Shown: one piece after another, positions 34,942-44,478 of the stretch
Layout of the letters: every line of letters starts with the position of its first letter
How positions within the stretch are numbered: the first letter of the stretch is position 1
Assembly (NCBI GenBank): GCA_965203475.1
Contig: OZ241890.1
Location: 2,089,423 to 2,153,422, forward strand
Length of the DNA stretch: 64,000 nt
Reading direction: 5' to 3'
DNA from: Gammaproteobacteria bacterium
Lineage (GTDB): Bacteria > Pseudomonadota > Gammaproteobacteria > UBA4575
Notes under the pieces: model-generated
The model's database searches: none
Told to the model about the DNA's origin: nothing
What the model saw: only the letters and a program-made list of their open reading frames with translations
Position numbers and translations under genes: made by a program

Positions 34942-36486
34942 ATGCCAGAAGATAAATTAAATCTGCGCAATAGGGCCATGTTGTTAATCCTAGATGGGTT
35001 TGGTGTGAATCCAAGTAAAACTAATAACGCAATTTTGCACGCGGATACCCCACATTTAGATCGTTATTTTTCTAAATATCCGCATACAATTTTAGAAGCC
35101 TCAGGTGAAGCTGTAGGGCTTCCTCCAGGGCAAATGGGAAATTCTGAAGTGGGCCACATGACTATTGGTTGTGGCACCATCATTCGGCAAGACTTAATAC
35201 GCATTAATGATGCAATTGCGGATGGAAGTTTTTTTGAGATGTCTCCCTTGTTGCGTGCACTTGATAATGCAAAGAAAAAAGAAGGGCATATACATTTAAT
35301 TGGTCTTGTATCTGATGGAGGTGTACATTCGCATATTGATCATTTAATCGCATTAATAAATCTATCCAATGAAGTACAGGTAAAACCATATGTACATATG
35401 ATATCGGATGGTCGTGATTGTCCACCCAAAAATGCTGCAAAGTATATTCAACAATTATCCCCACCGCTGACGGAAGCAAAAGGCGCAATCATTACCGTAA
35501 TGGGGCGCTACTATGCGATGGATCGAGATCGAAGATGGGAGCGCACAAGAAAGGGCTGGGAGGCATTAGTAAAAGCAAAAGGAGAAAAAGCCAAAAACCC
35601 AATGGATGCCATTGAACAGGCTTATGCGCGTGGAGAAACCGATGAATTTATTTTACCCACTGTAATCGATGGCACGGTGCCTATGACCGGTGAATCCGAA
35701 GTCTTATTTTTTAATTTTAGAAATGATCGACCTCTTCAGTTGAGTAAAGCATTAGCAAAAGAAAATTTTACAGCTTTTGACCGTGGCGAAAATTATGAGC
35801 TGATTAAACTTACTAAGATGACAAAATATAGTAAAGAATTTTTGGGGCCCGTAATTTTTCCACCACGTAAACCAGAATCTAATCTTGCCGAAGTTGTGAG
35901 TGAACAAGGGCTATATCAATTTCATTGTGCTGAAACAGAAAAGTATCCACATGTCACATATTTTTTAAACGGTGGACAGGAAGAAGCATATGAAGGCGAG
36001 GATCGAAAAATGGTTCCATCGCCTAAAGTGGCAACCTACGATTTACAACCGGAAATGAGCGCTGAAGAAGTTGCAGACGAGGTTATTAAAGCCATCAATA
36101 ATGATGCCTATGCTTTAATTGTTACGAATTTTGCCAATGGTGACATGGTAGGACATACTGCGAAACAGGATGCCATCATAAAAGCCATAGAAGCATTAGA
36201 TTTACATGTGGGACGCGTGCTCGATGCGGCGGTTGAGAAAGGAATTTCAGTTGTACTTACTTCGGATCATGGGAATTGCGATGAGACGGTAGATCCAATC
36301 ACGAATGAACCACATACCCAACACACAACCTATCCAGTTCCTTGCTTAGTAATAGATAAAGAATTTAAAAATTTAATAAATGGTCAAGGCTTAAGTGCAG
36401 TTGCACCCACTATTCTTGAACTGATGGGAATAGATAAACCACCAGCGATGACCAGCAGTTCTTTGTTGTTGGATGCAAGTGATTGA
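34942..36486 (+). CDS. gpmI: 2,3-bisphosphoglycerate-independent phosphoglycerate mutase
   Basis: 514 aa. iPGM metal sites (LILDGFG, SDGGVHSH, TSDHGN). Confidence 0.9.
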   Translation: MPEDKLNLRNRAMLLILDGFGVNPSKTNNAILHADTPHLDRYFSKYPHTILEASGEAVGLPPGQMGNSEVGHMTIGCGTIIRQDLIRINDAIADGSFFEMSPLLRALDNAKKKEGHIHLIGLVSDGGVHSHIDHLIALINLSNEVQVKPYVHMISDGRDCPPKNAAKYIQQLSPPLTEAKGAIITVMGRYYAMDRDRRWERTRKGWEALVKAKGEKAKNPMDAIEQAYARGETDEFILPTVIDGTVPMTGESEVLFFNFRNDRPLQLSKALAKENFTAFDRGENYELIKLTKMTKYSKEFLGPVIFPPRKPESNLAEVVSEQGLYQFHCAETEKYPHVTYFLNGGQEEAYEGEDRKMVPSPKVATYDLQPEMSAEEVADEVIKAINNDAYALIVTNFANGDMVGHTAKQDAIIKAIEALDLHVGRVLDAAVEKGISVVLTSDHGNCDETVDPITNEPHTQHTTYPVPCLVIDKEFKNLINGQGLSAVAPTILELMGIDKPPAMTSSSLLLDASD

Positions 36487-36704
36487 TTCATAGGGTATTA
36501 TTTCATTCGCCGCATATTTCTTGATCAAAATTCACCCGACTTTCTGCGTGCTTGTCACATCGACATATGCTGCAGATCCGTAGAGGGTGCACTATACTAT
36601 TCATACACTGGCACAGTGTTTGTGGAACTGAGGAGTTCAAGTTTCACATTATAGAGTGTGTAAAAAATTAGAATAAATCACTTAATGTCGGAGGAAACAA
36701 CAAC

Positions 36705-37814
36705 ATGAGAGTAGTCTTATTGGTCATAGGCTTATCTTTGTTTGGTCTCGTGAATGCAAATTCTTTGTTAGGGTTACCAGAAGTTCCTGTCCCTGAGAAT
36801 AACCCTCAATCGGAAGCAAAAATCGCATTAGGGGAACGTCTATTTGAGGATAAACGCTTTAGTTCAACAGGCGATGTGAGTTGCGGTACTTGCCATGCAC
36901 CTGACAAAGCATTTACAGATGGGCCTTTAAGCGTTTCAGAAGGAATTAACAAACTTACGGGAACAAGAAATGCACCGACCGTAGTTAATGCTGCATTTAA
37001 TAAAACCCAATTTTGGGATGGACGCTCACCAGACCTAGAAGATCAAGCATTACATCCATTTCTAAACCCAGTTGAAATGGCATTACCTGATCATGATGCC
37101 TTATTAAAAATTGTTAGAAACGATAAAGACTATGTAAAAGCATTTAAAAGTATTTTTAATGTAAGCGCAGAAAACATTACGATGAAAGAGGTTACCAAAG
37201 CGATTGCTGCTTTTGAACGCATCCAGGTTTCTGGCAACTCCCCATTTGATCGTTGGCATTTTGGTGGCGAAAAAGATGCTATGAGTGAAGCAGCCATTCG
37301 CGGCTTTGATGTATTCATAAAACAAGGGCGTTGTGTTTCATGCCATACCATTGAGCAAGATCATGCCGTGTTTACAGATCATAAGTTTCACAATATTGGT
37401 ATTGGGATTAATAATATTCAAACTAAAGTGCCAAAACTTGCAAGTGCATTTTTGGTAGCGAAAGTTAATGGTGCTGATGTTGATGTAACTGTGCTAACGG
37501 ATGCTGATACATCTCATTTAGGTAGATTTGCAGTATCTGATGACTTAAGTGACATGGGCGGTTTTAAAACTCCTACACTTCGCAATATCGCGGTAACACC
37601 GCCTTATATGCACGATGGAAGTTTGGAGACCTTAAAAGAAGTTGTAGAACACTACAATAATGGTGGTGTTACAAATGAAGGTGATGAAGTGAACGCATTT
37701 ATTGCAGGTGGGATTCGTCCTCTTAATTTAAGCGATGAACAAATTGATGATTTGGTTGCATTTATGGAAGCGCTGACAAGCCCTGAACATAAAAATGCAA
37801 AGACTAAGAAATAA
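36705..37814 (+). CDS. di-haem cytochrome c peroxidase / MauG-family protein
   Basis: 369 aa, signal peptide. Two CxxCH (CGTCH, CVSCH) with CCP/MauG spacing. Conserved PTLRN and MHDG stretches. Confidence 0.8.
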   Translation: MRVVLLVIGLSLFGLVNANSLLGLPEVPVPENNPQSEAKIALGERLFEDKRFSSTGDVSCGTCHAPDKAFTDGPLSVSEGINKLTGTRNAPTVVNAAFNKTQFWDGRSPDLEDQALHPFLNPVEMALPDHDALLKIVRNDKDYVKAFKSIFNVSAENITMKEVTKAIAAFERIQVSGNSPFDRWHFGGEKDAMSEAAIRGFDVFIKQGRCVSCHTIEQDHAVFTDHKFHNIGIGINNIQTKVPKLASAFLVAKVNGADVDVTVLTDADTSHLGRFAVSDDLSDMGGFKTPTLRNIAVTPPYMHDGSLETLKEVVEHYNNGGVTNEGDEVNAFIAGGIRPLNLSDEQIDDLVAFMEALTSPEHKNAKTKK

Positions 37815-37828
37815 TTTCGGAGGCACTT

Positions 37829-38893
37829 ATGAATAATGACAGACGAAAATTTATTAAAGCGGCCAGCACCGGAGTTATCGCTGGCATGATGCCTATGAGC
37901 ATTGTGAAATTAGCAGGCGCAAAATCGTCAGAAGATTTTACTTTTGCCTACATTTCCGATTCGCATATTCAACATATAAAAGGCAACAAATTTGTGCGCA
38001 ATTGGGATCGTGGTTTGATACGAGCTGTAGCAGAAACCAATTTATTGGAACCCAAGCCCGATTTTGTAATATTTGGCGGAGATTTGGCGCAACTAGCTAC
38101 CAAGCCCGAACTGGATCATGGTGCAGAAATGTTGTCAGCATTGAACTATAAAACCTATATGGTCATGGGTGAGCATGATTATTATCTTGATAATGGTGAG
38201 TATTGGAGTGAGCTGTTTGGTCCACAACACTACAGCTTTGATCATAAAGGTGTGCACTTTGTTGTACTTAACAGCATTCTGACGCATGACGAATGGATGA
38301 ATCGCTACGAGACGGGTGAACAACGCATGGCCGAAATGGCAGGTTTAGATAATCCAAACGGTTCGCCATTCATGGTGGGGCAAAAACAAATCGATTGGTT
38401 GAAGCAAGACTTAAGCAACGTTAGCAAAGATACACCATTGGTAGTTCTTTCTCACTCACCGTTGCAGAAAATTTTCAAAAATTGGAATTTCTGGACGGAT
38501 GATGCTGAAGATGTACAAGCTCTACTCAAACCATATGACAAAGTAAATGTGATCTACGGACATGTGCATCAAATACAATACAACCAGATCGGCAACATTG
38601 CATTCAGTTCAGTAATGGCCACCGCATGGCCATGGCCGTATCCAAGAAGTTACACACAAGCCGAAAGTCACATGCCCGTGCTTACCGTGCCCATGAATCG
38701 CGCCGATCCATTTGACGAACGCGATGCAACTGGGTGGGAGTTTGTGAATGTACACACTGGGCGCATAGACCTGCATTACAACTTATATAGTAATGAGAAT
38801 CGTGTACTAGCCTTCAACAAAGAAAAAGGACATCCGGAAGATGTATCTTTTCAAGATCCAAGTAAGCGAATCTTACCTCAAACTCATTACTGA
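37829..38893 (+). CDS. Tat-exported calcineurin-like metallophosphoesterase
   Basis: 354 aa. Twin-arginine leader DRRKFIKAASTGVIAGMM...AGA. MPE motifs GGDLAQ, GEHDYY, VLSHSP, GHVHQ. Starts 15 nt after the CCP stop. Confidence 0.7.
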   Translation: MNNDRRKFIKAASTGVIAGMMPMSIVKLAGAKSSEDFTFAYISDSHIQHIKGNKFVRNWDRGLIRAVAETNLLEPKPDFVIFGGDLAQLATKPELDHGAEMLSALNYKTYMVMGEHDYYLDNGEYWSELFGPQHYSFDHKGVHFVVLNSILTHDEWMNRYETGEQRMAEMAGLDNPNGSPFMVGQKQIDWLKQDLSNVSKDTPLVVLSHSPLQKIFKNWNFWTDDAEDVQALLKPYDKVNVIYGHVHQIQYNQIGNIAFSSVMATAWPWPYPRSYTQAESHMPVLTVPMNRADPFDERDATGWEFVNVHTGRIDLHYNLYSNENRVLAFNKEKGHPEDVSFQDPSKRILPQTHY

Positions 38894-38913
38894 ACTTAGG
38901 AGTTAATAATAAA

Positions 38914-39318
38914 ATGAAAAAAATAAGTATCTTGGTTGTTGGCACTATAGCGATATATGTTACTTCTATGCTTGTAACTGCCGATGAGTTCACTCAAGAA
39001 GACACGGATCGCTGGTTGGCTCAATATGAAAAAGTTGCTGCTGAAGGACGTTCACATTTCACGGATCCAAAATTGGGAACCAATGGAGTGGTATGTGCAC
39101 AATGCCATCCAAATGCAGCAAATATTCATCCTGAAACCTACCCTAAATTTCAAAAACAATTAGGCCACGTTGCACAACTTTGGGAAATGATTAATTGGTG
39201 TATTCGAAATCCACTAGAAGGCGAAGAGCTTGCGGCTGGGGACCCTAAGATGACCGCTATTCTTGCCTATGTGCACAAAGAACGACGTGGTGTAAAGTTA
39301 GAACCAGGTAAACATTAG
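38914..39318 (+). CDS. mono-haem c-type cytochrome
   Basis: 134 aa. Signal peptide. Single CAQCH. Confidence 0.7.
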   Translation: MKKISILVVGTIAIYVTSMLVTADEFTQEDTDRWLAQYEKVAAEGRSHFTDPKLGTNGVVCAQCHPNAANIHPETYPKFQKQLGHVAQLWEMINWCIRNPLEGEELAAGDPKMTAILAYVHKERRGVKLEPGKH

Positions 39319-39340
39319 ATCAATCTGGTAGTTGAATTTC

Positions 39341-39365
39341 AAACCGGTATCGGTTTTCTATCGGT
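39341..39365 (+). terminator. rho-independent terminator of the CCP operon
   Basis: AAACCGgtatCGGTTTTCTAT hairpin plus U-run, 23 nt after the cytochrome c stop. Confidence 0.5.
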
Positions 39366-39544
39366 ACCTGAAGACCCTTTAAATGGTTCCCGCATAATGG
39401 TTTGAACAAAATGTAATGTTTTGTTGAACTAAAATTGTCGTTATTACCCTTGTGTATATGTCGTATTTCTTGTTGGAAAAAACTTCTACAATTCATTTCA
39501 AGAAATAAATAAAAAGTGTGTTGAATATTTAGCATATAAAAAAT

Positions 39545-40156
39545 GTGCTTAAGCTTTATAAACTAATCCCAGTTGTCATTTCTGTTGTAGTGACGATAGG
39601 TTGTAGTAATCACATTCATTTGCAAGAGGAGACGGTACCGGTTCCGCTAGTGCCCACACTACCTACTGTGATGGCGATTTACTTCGATGAAAGTATGCAA
39701 AATGTAACAGCAGAAGTAAGGGTGCCAAAGTTTGGCGATTTGACGGTATATCTTGATGCTGCCCAGACTGCGGGGTTCGATAAAGTATTTAATCAATTAT
39801 TTGTCGATACCAAGATGGTTGATAGCCCAAATTCAATTCCGATGGGATATGACGCATTAATAATCGTGGAAATGGATTCATTTACAATTTATGAAAGAGA
39901 ATATACAGGTATACCCTATTTATTTTTAGTCGAAGTTGAATATGACATTAAGGTAGAAACTGACAAAAATATTTTACTGCACCATTGGAAAATCAAAGGT
40001 GAAGGCCAATCTTACGATGCAGAAGCCAATCCTGCCCCCCTTATAAAAGAAGCGAGCGAAGTTGCAATACGTGATGCACTAGCCGATCTTATCTTCAGTT
40101 TTATTGAGGCCAGTAAAAATAATTATATACTGCAAGCCCGCTCTCAAAAAAATTAG
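39545..40156 (+). CDS. hypothetical lipoprotein
   Basis: 203 aa. Lipobox VTIGCS. Confidence 0.5.
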   Translation: MLKLYKLIPVVISVVVTIGCSNHIHLQEETVPVPLVPTLPTVMAIYFDESMQNVTAEVRVPKFGDLTVYLDAAQTAGFDKVFNQLFVDTKMVDSPNSIPMGYDALIIVEMDSFTIYEREYTGIPYLFLVEVEYDIKVETDKNILLHHWKIKGEGQSYDAEANPAPLIKEASEVAIRDALADLIFSFIEASKNNYILQARSQKN

Positions 40157-40162
40157 TCGGCT

Positions 40163-40843
40163 ATGTTACATAAACATCAAAAATTACAACGAGTATTTAC
40201 ATTTATACCTGTACTTTTAATACATGCTGGCTGTGTATCAACTAATGTTGAAGGAACTATGTTGACTCAAAAAAATACAATAGAACAAGGTAAAGTTACA
40301 GTGTTATCACAGAGTATTGCAGCGGGAAATGAAACAGAGAAAAAATTTACCAAATGCGTCATAAAGAAAATAAAAGCAATGTTGCCTCAGGATTCTTATC
40401 TAGATAATCAAGAATTTATTAATGCAATGTATCCTTGGTTTGAGCCAGAACGCTTTCCAAGTGACATTGTTCAATTAAGAAGTATTTTGGAAAAACCGTT
40501 AATTACTGAAAAAATTAATTCATTACATGTTCGATATATGGTGTTACTTACCGGAAATACAGTAGATGTGAATAAAAAAGAATGTGGTGCATGTAGTGTT
40601 GCGCCACTGCTGGTTGGTATGCCTGGTTTAGCCACCTTTGATAAACAAGCAAGCTATGTTATTGAGATCTGGGATTTAAAAAAACAAGAAGCAATTGTTG
40701 ATTTAAATGTTGGTGGAACGAGTACAATCTATATGCCGATACTACCCATCGTGGCCCTACCGATACCAATGGGAGGGGACATACAAGAAGCTTCTTGCAA
40801 AGAATTAGGAAAGCAAATGCAAAAGTTTTTTACTGATGCTTAA
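40163..40843 (+). CDS. hypothetical lipoprotein
   Basis: 226 aa. Lipobox LIHAGCVS. 7-nt gap to the preceding lipoprotein gene. Confidence 0.5.
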   Translation: MLHKHQKLQRVFTFIPVLLIHAGCVSTNVEGTMLTQKNTIEQGKVTVLSQSIAAGNETEKKFTKCVIKKIKAMLPQDSYLDNQEFINAMYPWFEPERFPSDIVQLRSILEKPLITEKINSLHVRYMVLLTGNTVDVNKKECGACSVAPLLVGMPGLATFDKQASYVIEIWDLKKQEAIVDLNVGGTSTIYMPILPIVALPIPMGGDIQEASCKELGKQMQKFFTDA

Positions 40844-40844
40844 T

Positions 40845-41387
40845 TTAGCCACCACAAATCTGAGTGATCTGATCGGTAGTAAATCCTTTATCAATATAAA
40901 ATGTGACATCCTCTTTACTACAAGAGTTTGCAGCGGCCGTTGAAGCAGGTTGATTTTTTTGATAATCAATTCCACCTTGATCTTCTGCTTTTTTAAGCGA
41001 GATCATAGCCTCTTTCAAAGCATCCACTTCACTTTGTAAAGCATCAATTTTTTGTTTTTCTTTATCCTTGGCTTCTTGTCGTTCACGGGCACCGCGATGA
41101 CCACCAGCTTTATGCTCATTTAAAAAATACTCAGAGTTGAGTAATTTAGGATTAGTAACTCTTTTATATTGTTCTGCAGGAGAATAGGCTTCCCCTTCTC
41201 GTTTCACTGTACTGTTGATATCGACCGGAGATTTTTTCTCTTTTTCAGCTTCTATTTCTTCAACATCCGCCTCCGCAATGAGTTGGTCTTCATCACCATC
41301 CCCGAAAAAAGGCATGGAAGAACAACTAGCGAATAAAACTAGACTTAAAATTGAAGCTGTATATGTTATGAAATTTCGATTAGTCAT
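40845..41387 (-). CDS. hypothetical lipoprotein with acidic and coiled-coil regions
   Basis: 180 aa. Lipobox LFASCSS. EAEKEKK / KQKIDALQSEVDALKEAMISLKK heptad-like stretch. Cys-containing C-terminus. Confidence 0.45.
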   Translation of the reverse strand: MTNRNFITYTASILSLVLFASCSSMPFFGDGDEDQLIAEADVEEIEAEKEKKSPVDINSTVKREGEAYSPAEQYKRVTNPKLLNSEYFLNEHKAGGHRGARERQEAKDKEKQKIDALQSEVDALKEAMISLKKAEDQGGIDYQKNQPASTAAANSCSKEDVTFYIDKGFTTDQITQICGG

Positions 41388-41465
41388 GAGGCTGTGAATT
41401 ACCGTTTATTTGTTTAAAAACTGTACCATATCGTGCATTTGGCAACAATGATGAACCCTGACTCC

Positions 41466-41496
41466 AAAAAAAACCCCCGAACAAGTCGGGGGTTTT
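41466..41496 (-). terminator. rho-independent terminator after the outer-membrane protein gene (usable on both strands)
   Basis: aaaaaaaaCCCCCGAacaagTCGGGGGttttc: perfect 7-bp GC stem with A-run and T-run on either side. Confidence 0.65.
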
Positions 41497-41518
41497 CTAT
41501 ACTGATTTAATCAGTAAT

Positions 41519-43327
41519 TTAGAAGGCCCAGACGAATTCCATGGCTAAACGCACAGCTTCTTCGTCTTCTTCTTGACCGGCATAAGCTTCAATCAGTTCT
41601 TCAACCCCATCACCGGGGAAGAACACAGAAGCCTGAGTTTTAACCGTTGTATTTGGAGTTAAACCCCAGTCCAACTGGTTGGACCACTCCCAGCCAATTT
41701 CTTCTTCATCAACTTCTACATAACCAGTCGCAGATACACCACCAACACCAGGCGTAAATCCAGCTACAGATGAGTTACGAGCTACATAAAAGTCTTCGTT
41801 CCATCGCATATAGCGGAGACGTGATTTGAATTTTACATGTGGCTTGAGTTGCATGGTTGCAACCGCAGAAATTTCAGCATAACCGGGATTATCACCACGG
41901 CCAGCACCACCTGAGAAGCCGCCGTCAAAGTTGGCAATACCACCTACTTTAACCGGGGTACCATTACCTAATCCTTCTGGCAAGTGAGAGAATACTGGAA
42001 GACCTAGCATGAAGTTGCCATCCCCTACAAAGGTGTTTTCACCACCCCAGGAGGAGAAGCGTTGGTCACACATGACACAGATGAAGCCTTCCAAGTCATC
42101 ATCGTCACCATCATCATCACCTGAGGTGTAAATACCATCAAGGCGAAGATTGAGCTTGTCGGTAACTTGAAGTGCTGCATAGGCAGAGAATGCATAAGCA
42201 TTAACATCAAACGAATCATCCACTGCTGTTACACCATCAACAAAGTTAACAAGTGTTGCACCATTGTTAATGTCAGCTTCACCAGTATTGTAGTAAGCGC
42301 CTAAATGGGTACTTAAATTGCCCCATGAGGCATTCCAGTAGGCACCAAAGTGATGCACATCAAAGTCTGATTTTTCTACAAAGCCAGAAGCGGCAATATT
42401 GTTATTTAAGAATGCATTTAGATCTGCAACGACTTCGTTCGCAGACTTATCATAGGCATACATCAAACGTAAATTACCATTGCCCAGTGCAAGATCAGCA
42501 AAGCCCATAACTGCTTCACGGTCATCATTGTCTGTAGCGCCACAAGCAAGACCTGCTCCAGCGGTTTGACCTCCGCCAAAGCCACCAAAGTCACCGGCAC
42601 ATTCACCAGCGGCTGCTTGGAATGCATTTTCACCGGGACGGGACAACTTGTTTCGTTCATTGAATACATGGTAGCCAATGTTAAACCACATTTTATCGTT
42701 GGGTTTACCCACTAGCCATAAGGCTGCGGTGTCATCACCAAACATTAAGGCCGCACCACCGACAGTGTCCACATCCACAAATTCAAAACCAGCATGTAAG
42801 CGTAAGGTGTCAGTAAGCAGCATAGAACCATTCAAACGTTCGATACCGAAGTCACTGGTTCCTGCACCTACTTTACCGCCAGAGTCACCTGAAGCTACAT
42901 CCAGCAAGTTGTCATAAGCGGCATGTGCGTGAAAACTGGCTCGACCATCATTGGATAACCAGTTGAAGAACATATTGAACTCATTACGAATATAGTCACC
43001 GCCTAACAAGCCGCCTTCCGCAAAGTGAATACGGCCCCAGTCAGCACCAATGTTATCATCTGGAACTGTACGGGCACCACCTTGATCGACGATCGCCTCT
43101 CTCAGGCCAAAGTCCCAGTCATGCTCATAGGTAGGGATGAAGCGGTTGACCATACCTAAACTAAATTGTCCGGTTGCATTACGTATGACAAAGCTGCCTG
43201 GCCCTAATAAGCCACCACAACAGCCATATCCACCATCTTTCAGAATGTCATATTCTTTTGCGAATACACCACTGGATAGTGAAAGCGCGCAAACAGCCAG
43301 GACAAATCCTAGTAGTTTACTTTTCAT
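41519..43327 (-). CDS. large outer-membrane beta-barrel protein with Gly/Asp-rich acidic loops (putative porin/channel)
   Basis: 602 aa. Signal peptide. Alternating amphipathic strands. C-terminal EFVWAF aromatic terminus. Loops such as GDDDGDDDD and GGFGGGQTAGAG. Confidence 0.6.
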   Translation of the reverse strand: MKSKLLGFVLAVCALSLSSGVFAKEYDILKDGGYGCCGGLLGPGSFVIRNATGQFSLGMVNRFIPTYEHDWDFGLREAIVDQGGARTVPDDNIGADWGRIHFAEGGLLGGDYIRNEFNMFFNWLSNDGRASFHAHAAYDNLLDVASGDSGGKVGAGTSDFGIERLNGSMLLTDTLRLHAGFEFVDVDTVGGAALMFGDDTAALWLVGKPNDKMWFNIGYHVFNERNKLSRPGENAFQAAAGECAGDFGGFGGGQTAGAGLACGATDNDDREAVMGFADLALGNGNLRLMYAYDKSANEVVADLNAFLNNNIAASGFVEKSDFDVHHFGAYWNASWGNLSTHLGAYYNTGEADINNGATLVNFVDGVTAVDDSFDVNAYAFSAYAALQVTDKLNLRLDGIYTSGDDDGDDDDLEGFICVMCDQRFSSWGGENTFVGDGNFMLGLPVFSHLPEGLGNGTPVKVGGIANFDGGFSGGAGRGDNPGYAEISAVATMQLKPHVKFKSRLRYMRWNEDFYVARNSSVAGFTPGVGGVSATGYVEVDEEEIGWEWSNQLDWGLTPNTTVKTQASVFFPGDGVEELIEAYAGQEEDEEAVRLAMEFVWAF

Positions 43328-43517
43328 TGAAGATACTCCTCTTCATATTTGTTATAAGAAAAAAGAAAAATACTCGAGTAATTTTCCTAACGAAGATGAC
43401 TCAAACATTAGTCAGGCTTTCGGTGTAAACCTTAAGCGCTTCCCTCCCTCTGTAAGATTCATCTCGACTTGAAAAGAAAAAATCAGCATCCCTGCTAACT
43501 TTTCCATTTCAAGATAA

Positions 43518-43726
43518 ATACAACAAGCGTTGTATTTGTGCGACAGATTGCCCTGTCAGTGGTATCAAGTCAAGCAAATATTGTTGTTATTATACAACTA
43601 CCATCAACATTGATAAGTTGTTGTATTAATTAATTAAATCCTTTTGCGACTCAATAATGTTTGATAGCAAAAGTTTATCTAGAAGGGTAACTATCCAGTG
43701 AGTATTGTTGTATTTATACAACATTA
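43518..43726. promoter_or_regulatory. three copies of a GTTGTAT/ATACAAC palindromic operator-like motif upstream of the OMP gene
   Basis: 43518 ATACAACaagcGTTGTAT. 43583 GTTGTtATtATACAAC. 43707 GTTGTATttATACAAC. All lie within 400 bp of the start at 43327. Confidence 0.45.
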
Positions 43727-43954
43727 GGCGATAAATTTTTTTAAATCATTGATTTTTATGAATAAACTTTAATTAGCGAGTGCATCAATTGCTTGAAAAA
43801 CATCCCCACGCTGAAGGTAGGTAGTTATAAACCATTACCTAAATATTGAGCAAAACGAACTTTGTCGGATGTCTAATTGACTTGATACCTCTGTGATCAG
43901 CGGATTTGATTAAAATAATGCATGCTAGACAAAAGCATATGCACAGTTAGTTTC

Positions 43955-44023
43955 ATGACCGTAAATTTATTACTCGCACTTTTTGTCCTGATCGCCGGGG
44001 CAGCAATCTTAATTTGGAATTGA
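43955..44023 (+). CDS. possible 22-aa hydrophobic micro-protein (MTVNLLLALFVLIAGAAILIWN)
   Basis: ATG...TGA read directly from the sequence. Single TM-like helix. No convincing SD. Convergent with the 44050..44454 gene. Confidence 0.25.
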   Translation: MTVNLLLALFVLIAGAAILIWN

Positions 44024-44049
44024 GCATTAACTCGATTTTTGAATAAGGT

Positions 44050-44454
44050 TTAATGGGGTCGTCGAGTTAATTTTTCGATGGGCGTAAAGGTTAAGTGAGT
44101 CTCATCTTGATAAGGCCGAATAAAATCAAGTGCTATGATAATTTCTCCGTCTTGTTCAATAGCTTTTAGCTGTTTCAAATCTGGCAAGGCGGTCGCGATA
44201 TAGGCACAGCTTGCTGCTGCCAACGTATCTTCCTCATTCATTATAGCTGAGACTAAATTAGCAGCTACAAATTCGATTCTTTGTTCTTTGGTTGGATTAG
44301 CTAGAAATTGATTGTTTAACGTAATTCCCTGGTCTAGTTTATCATTCATTAAATCGAGAGATTCACCTTGTTTTTTAGATAGTATTTTATTTCTATCGTA
44401 TTCCAAGATAGCAGAGCCATTCAATGAAACCGTTAACAAATCTTTACTCAACAT
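44050..44454 (-). CDS. hypothetical acidic cytoplasmic protein
   Basis: 134 aa. No signal peptide. 25-nt gap downstream of the 577-aa gene, so likely co-transcribed. Confidence 0.5.
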   Translation of the reverse strand: MLSKDLLTVSLNGSAILEYDRNKILSKKQGESLDLMNDKLDQGITLNNQFLANPTKEQRIEFVAANLVSAIMNEEDTLAAASCAYIATALPDLKQLKAIEQDGEIIIALDFIRPYQDETHLTFTPIEKLTRRPH

Positions 44455-44478
44455 ACAAACAATGAATTTAAGAGATGA

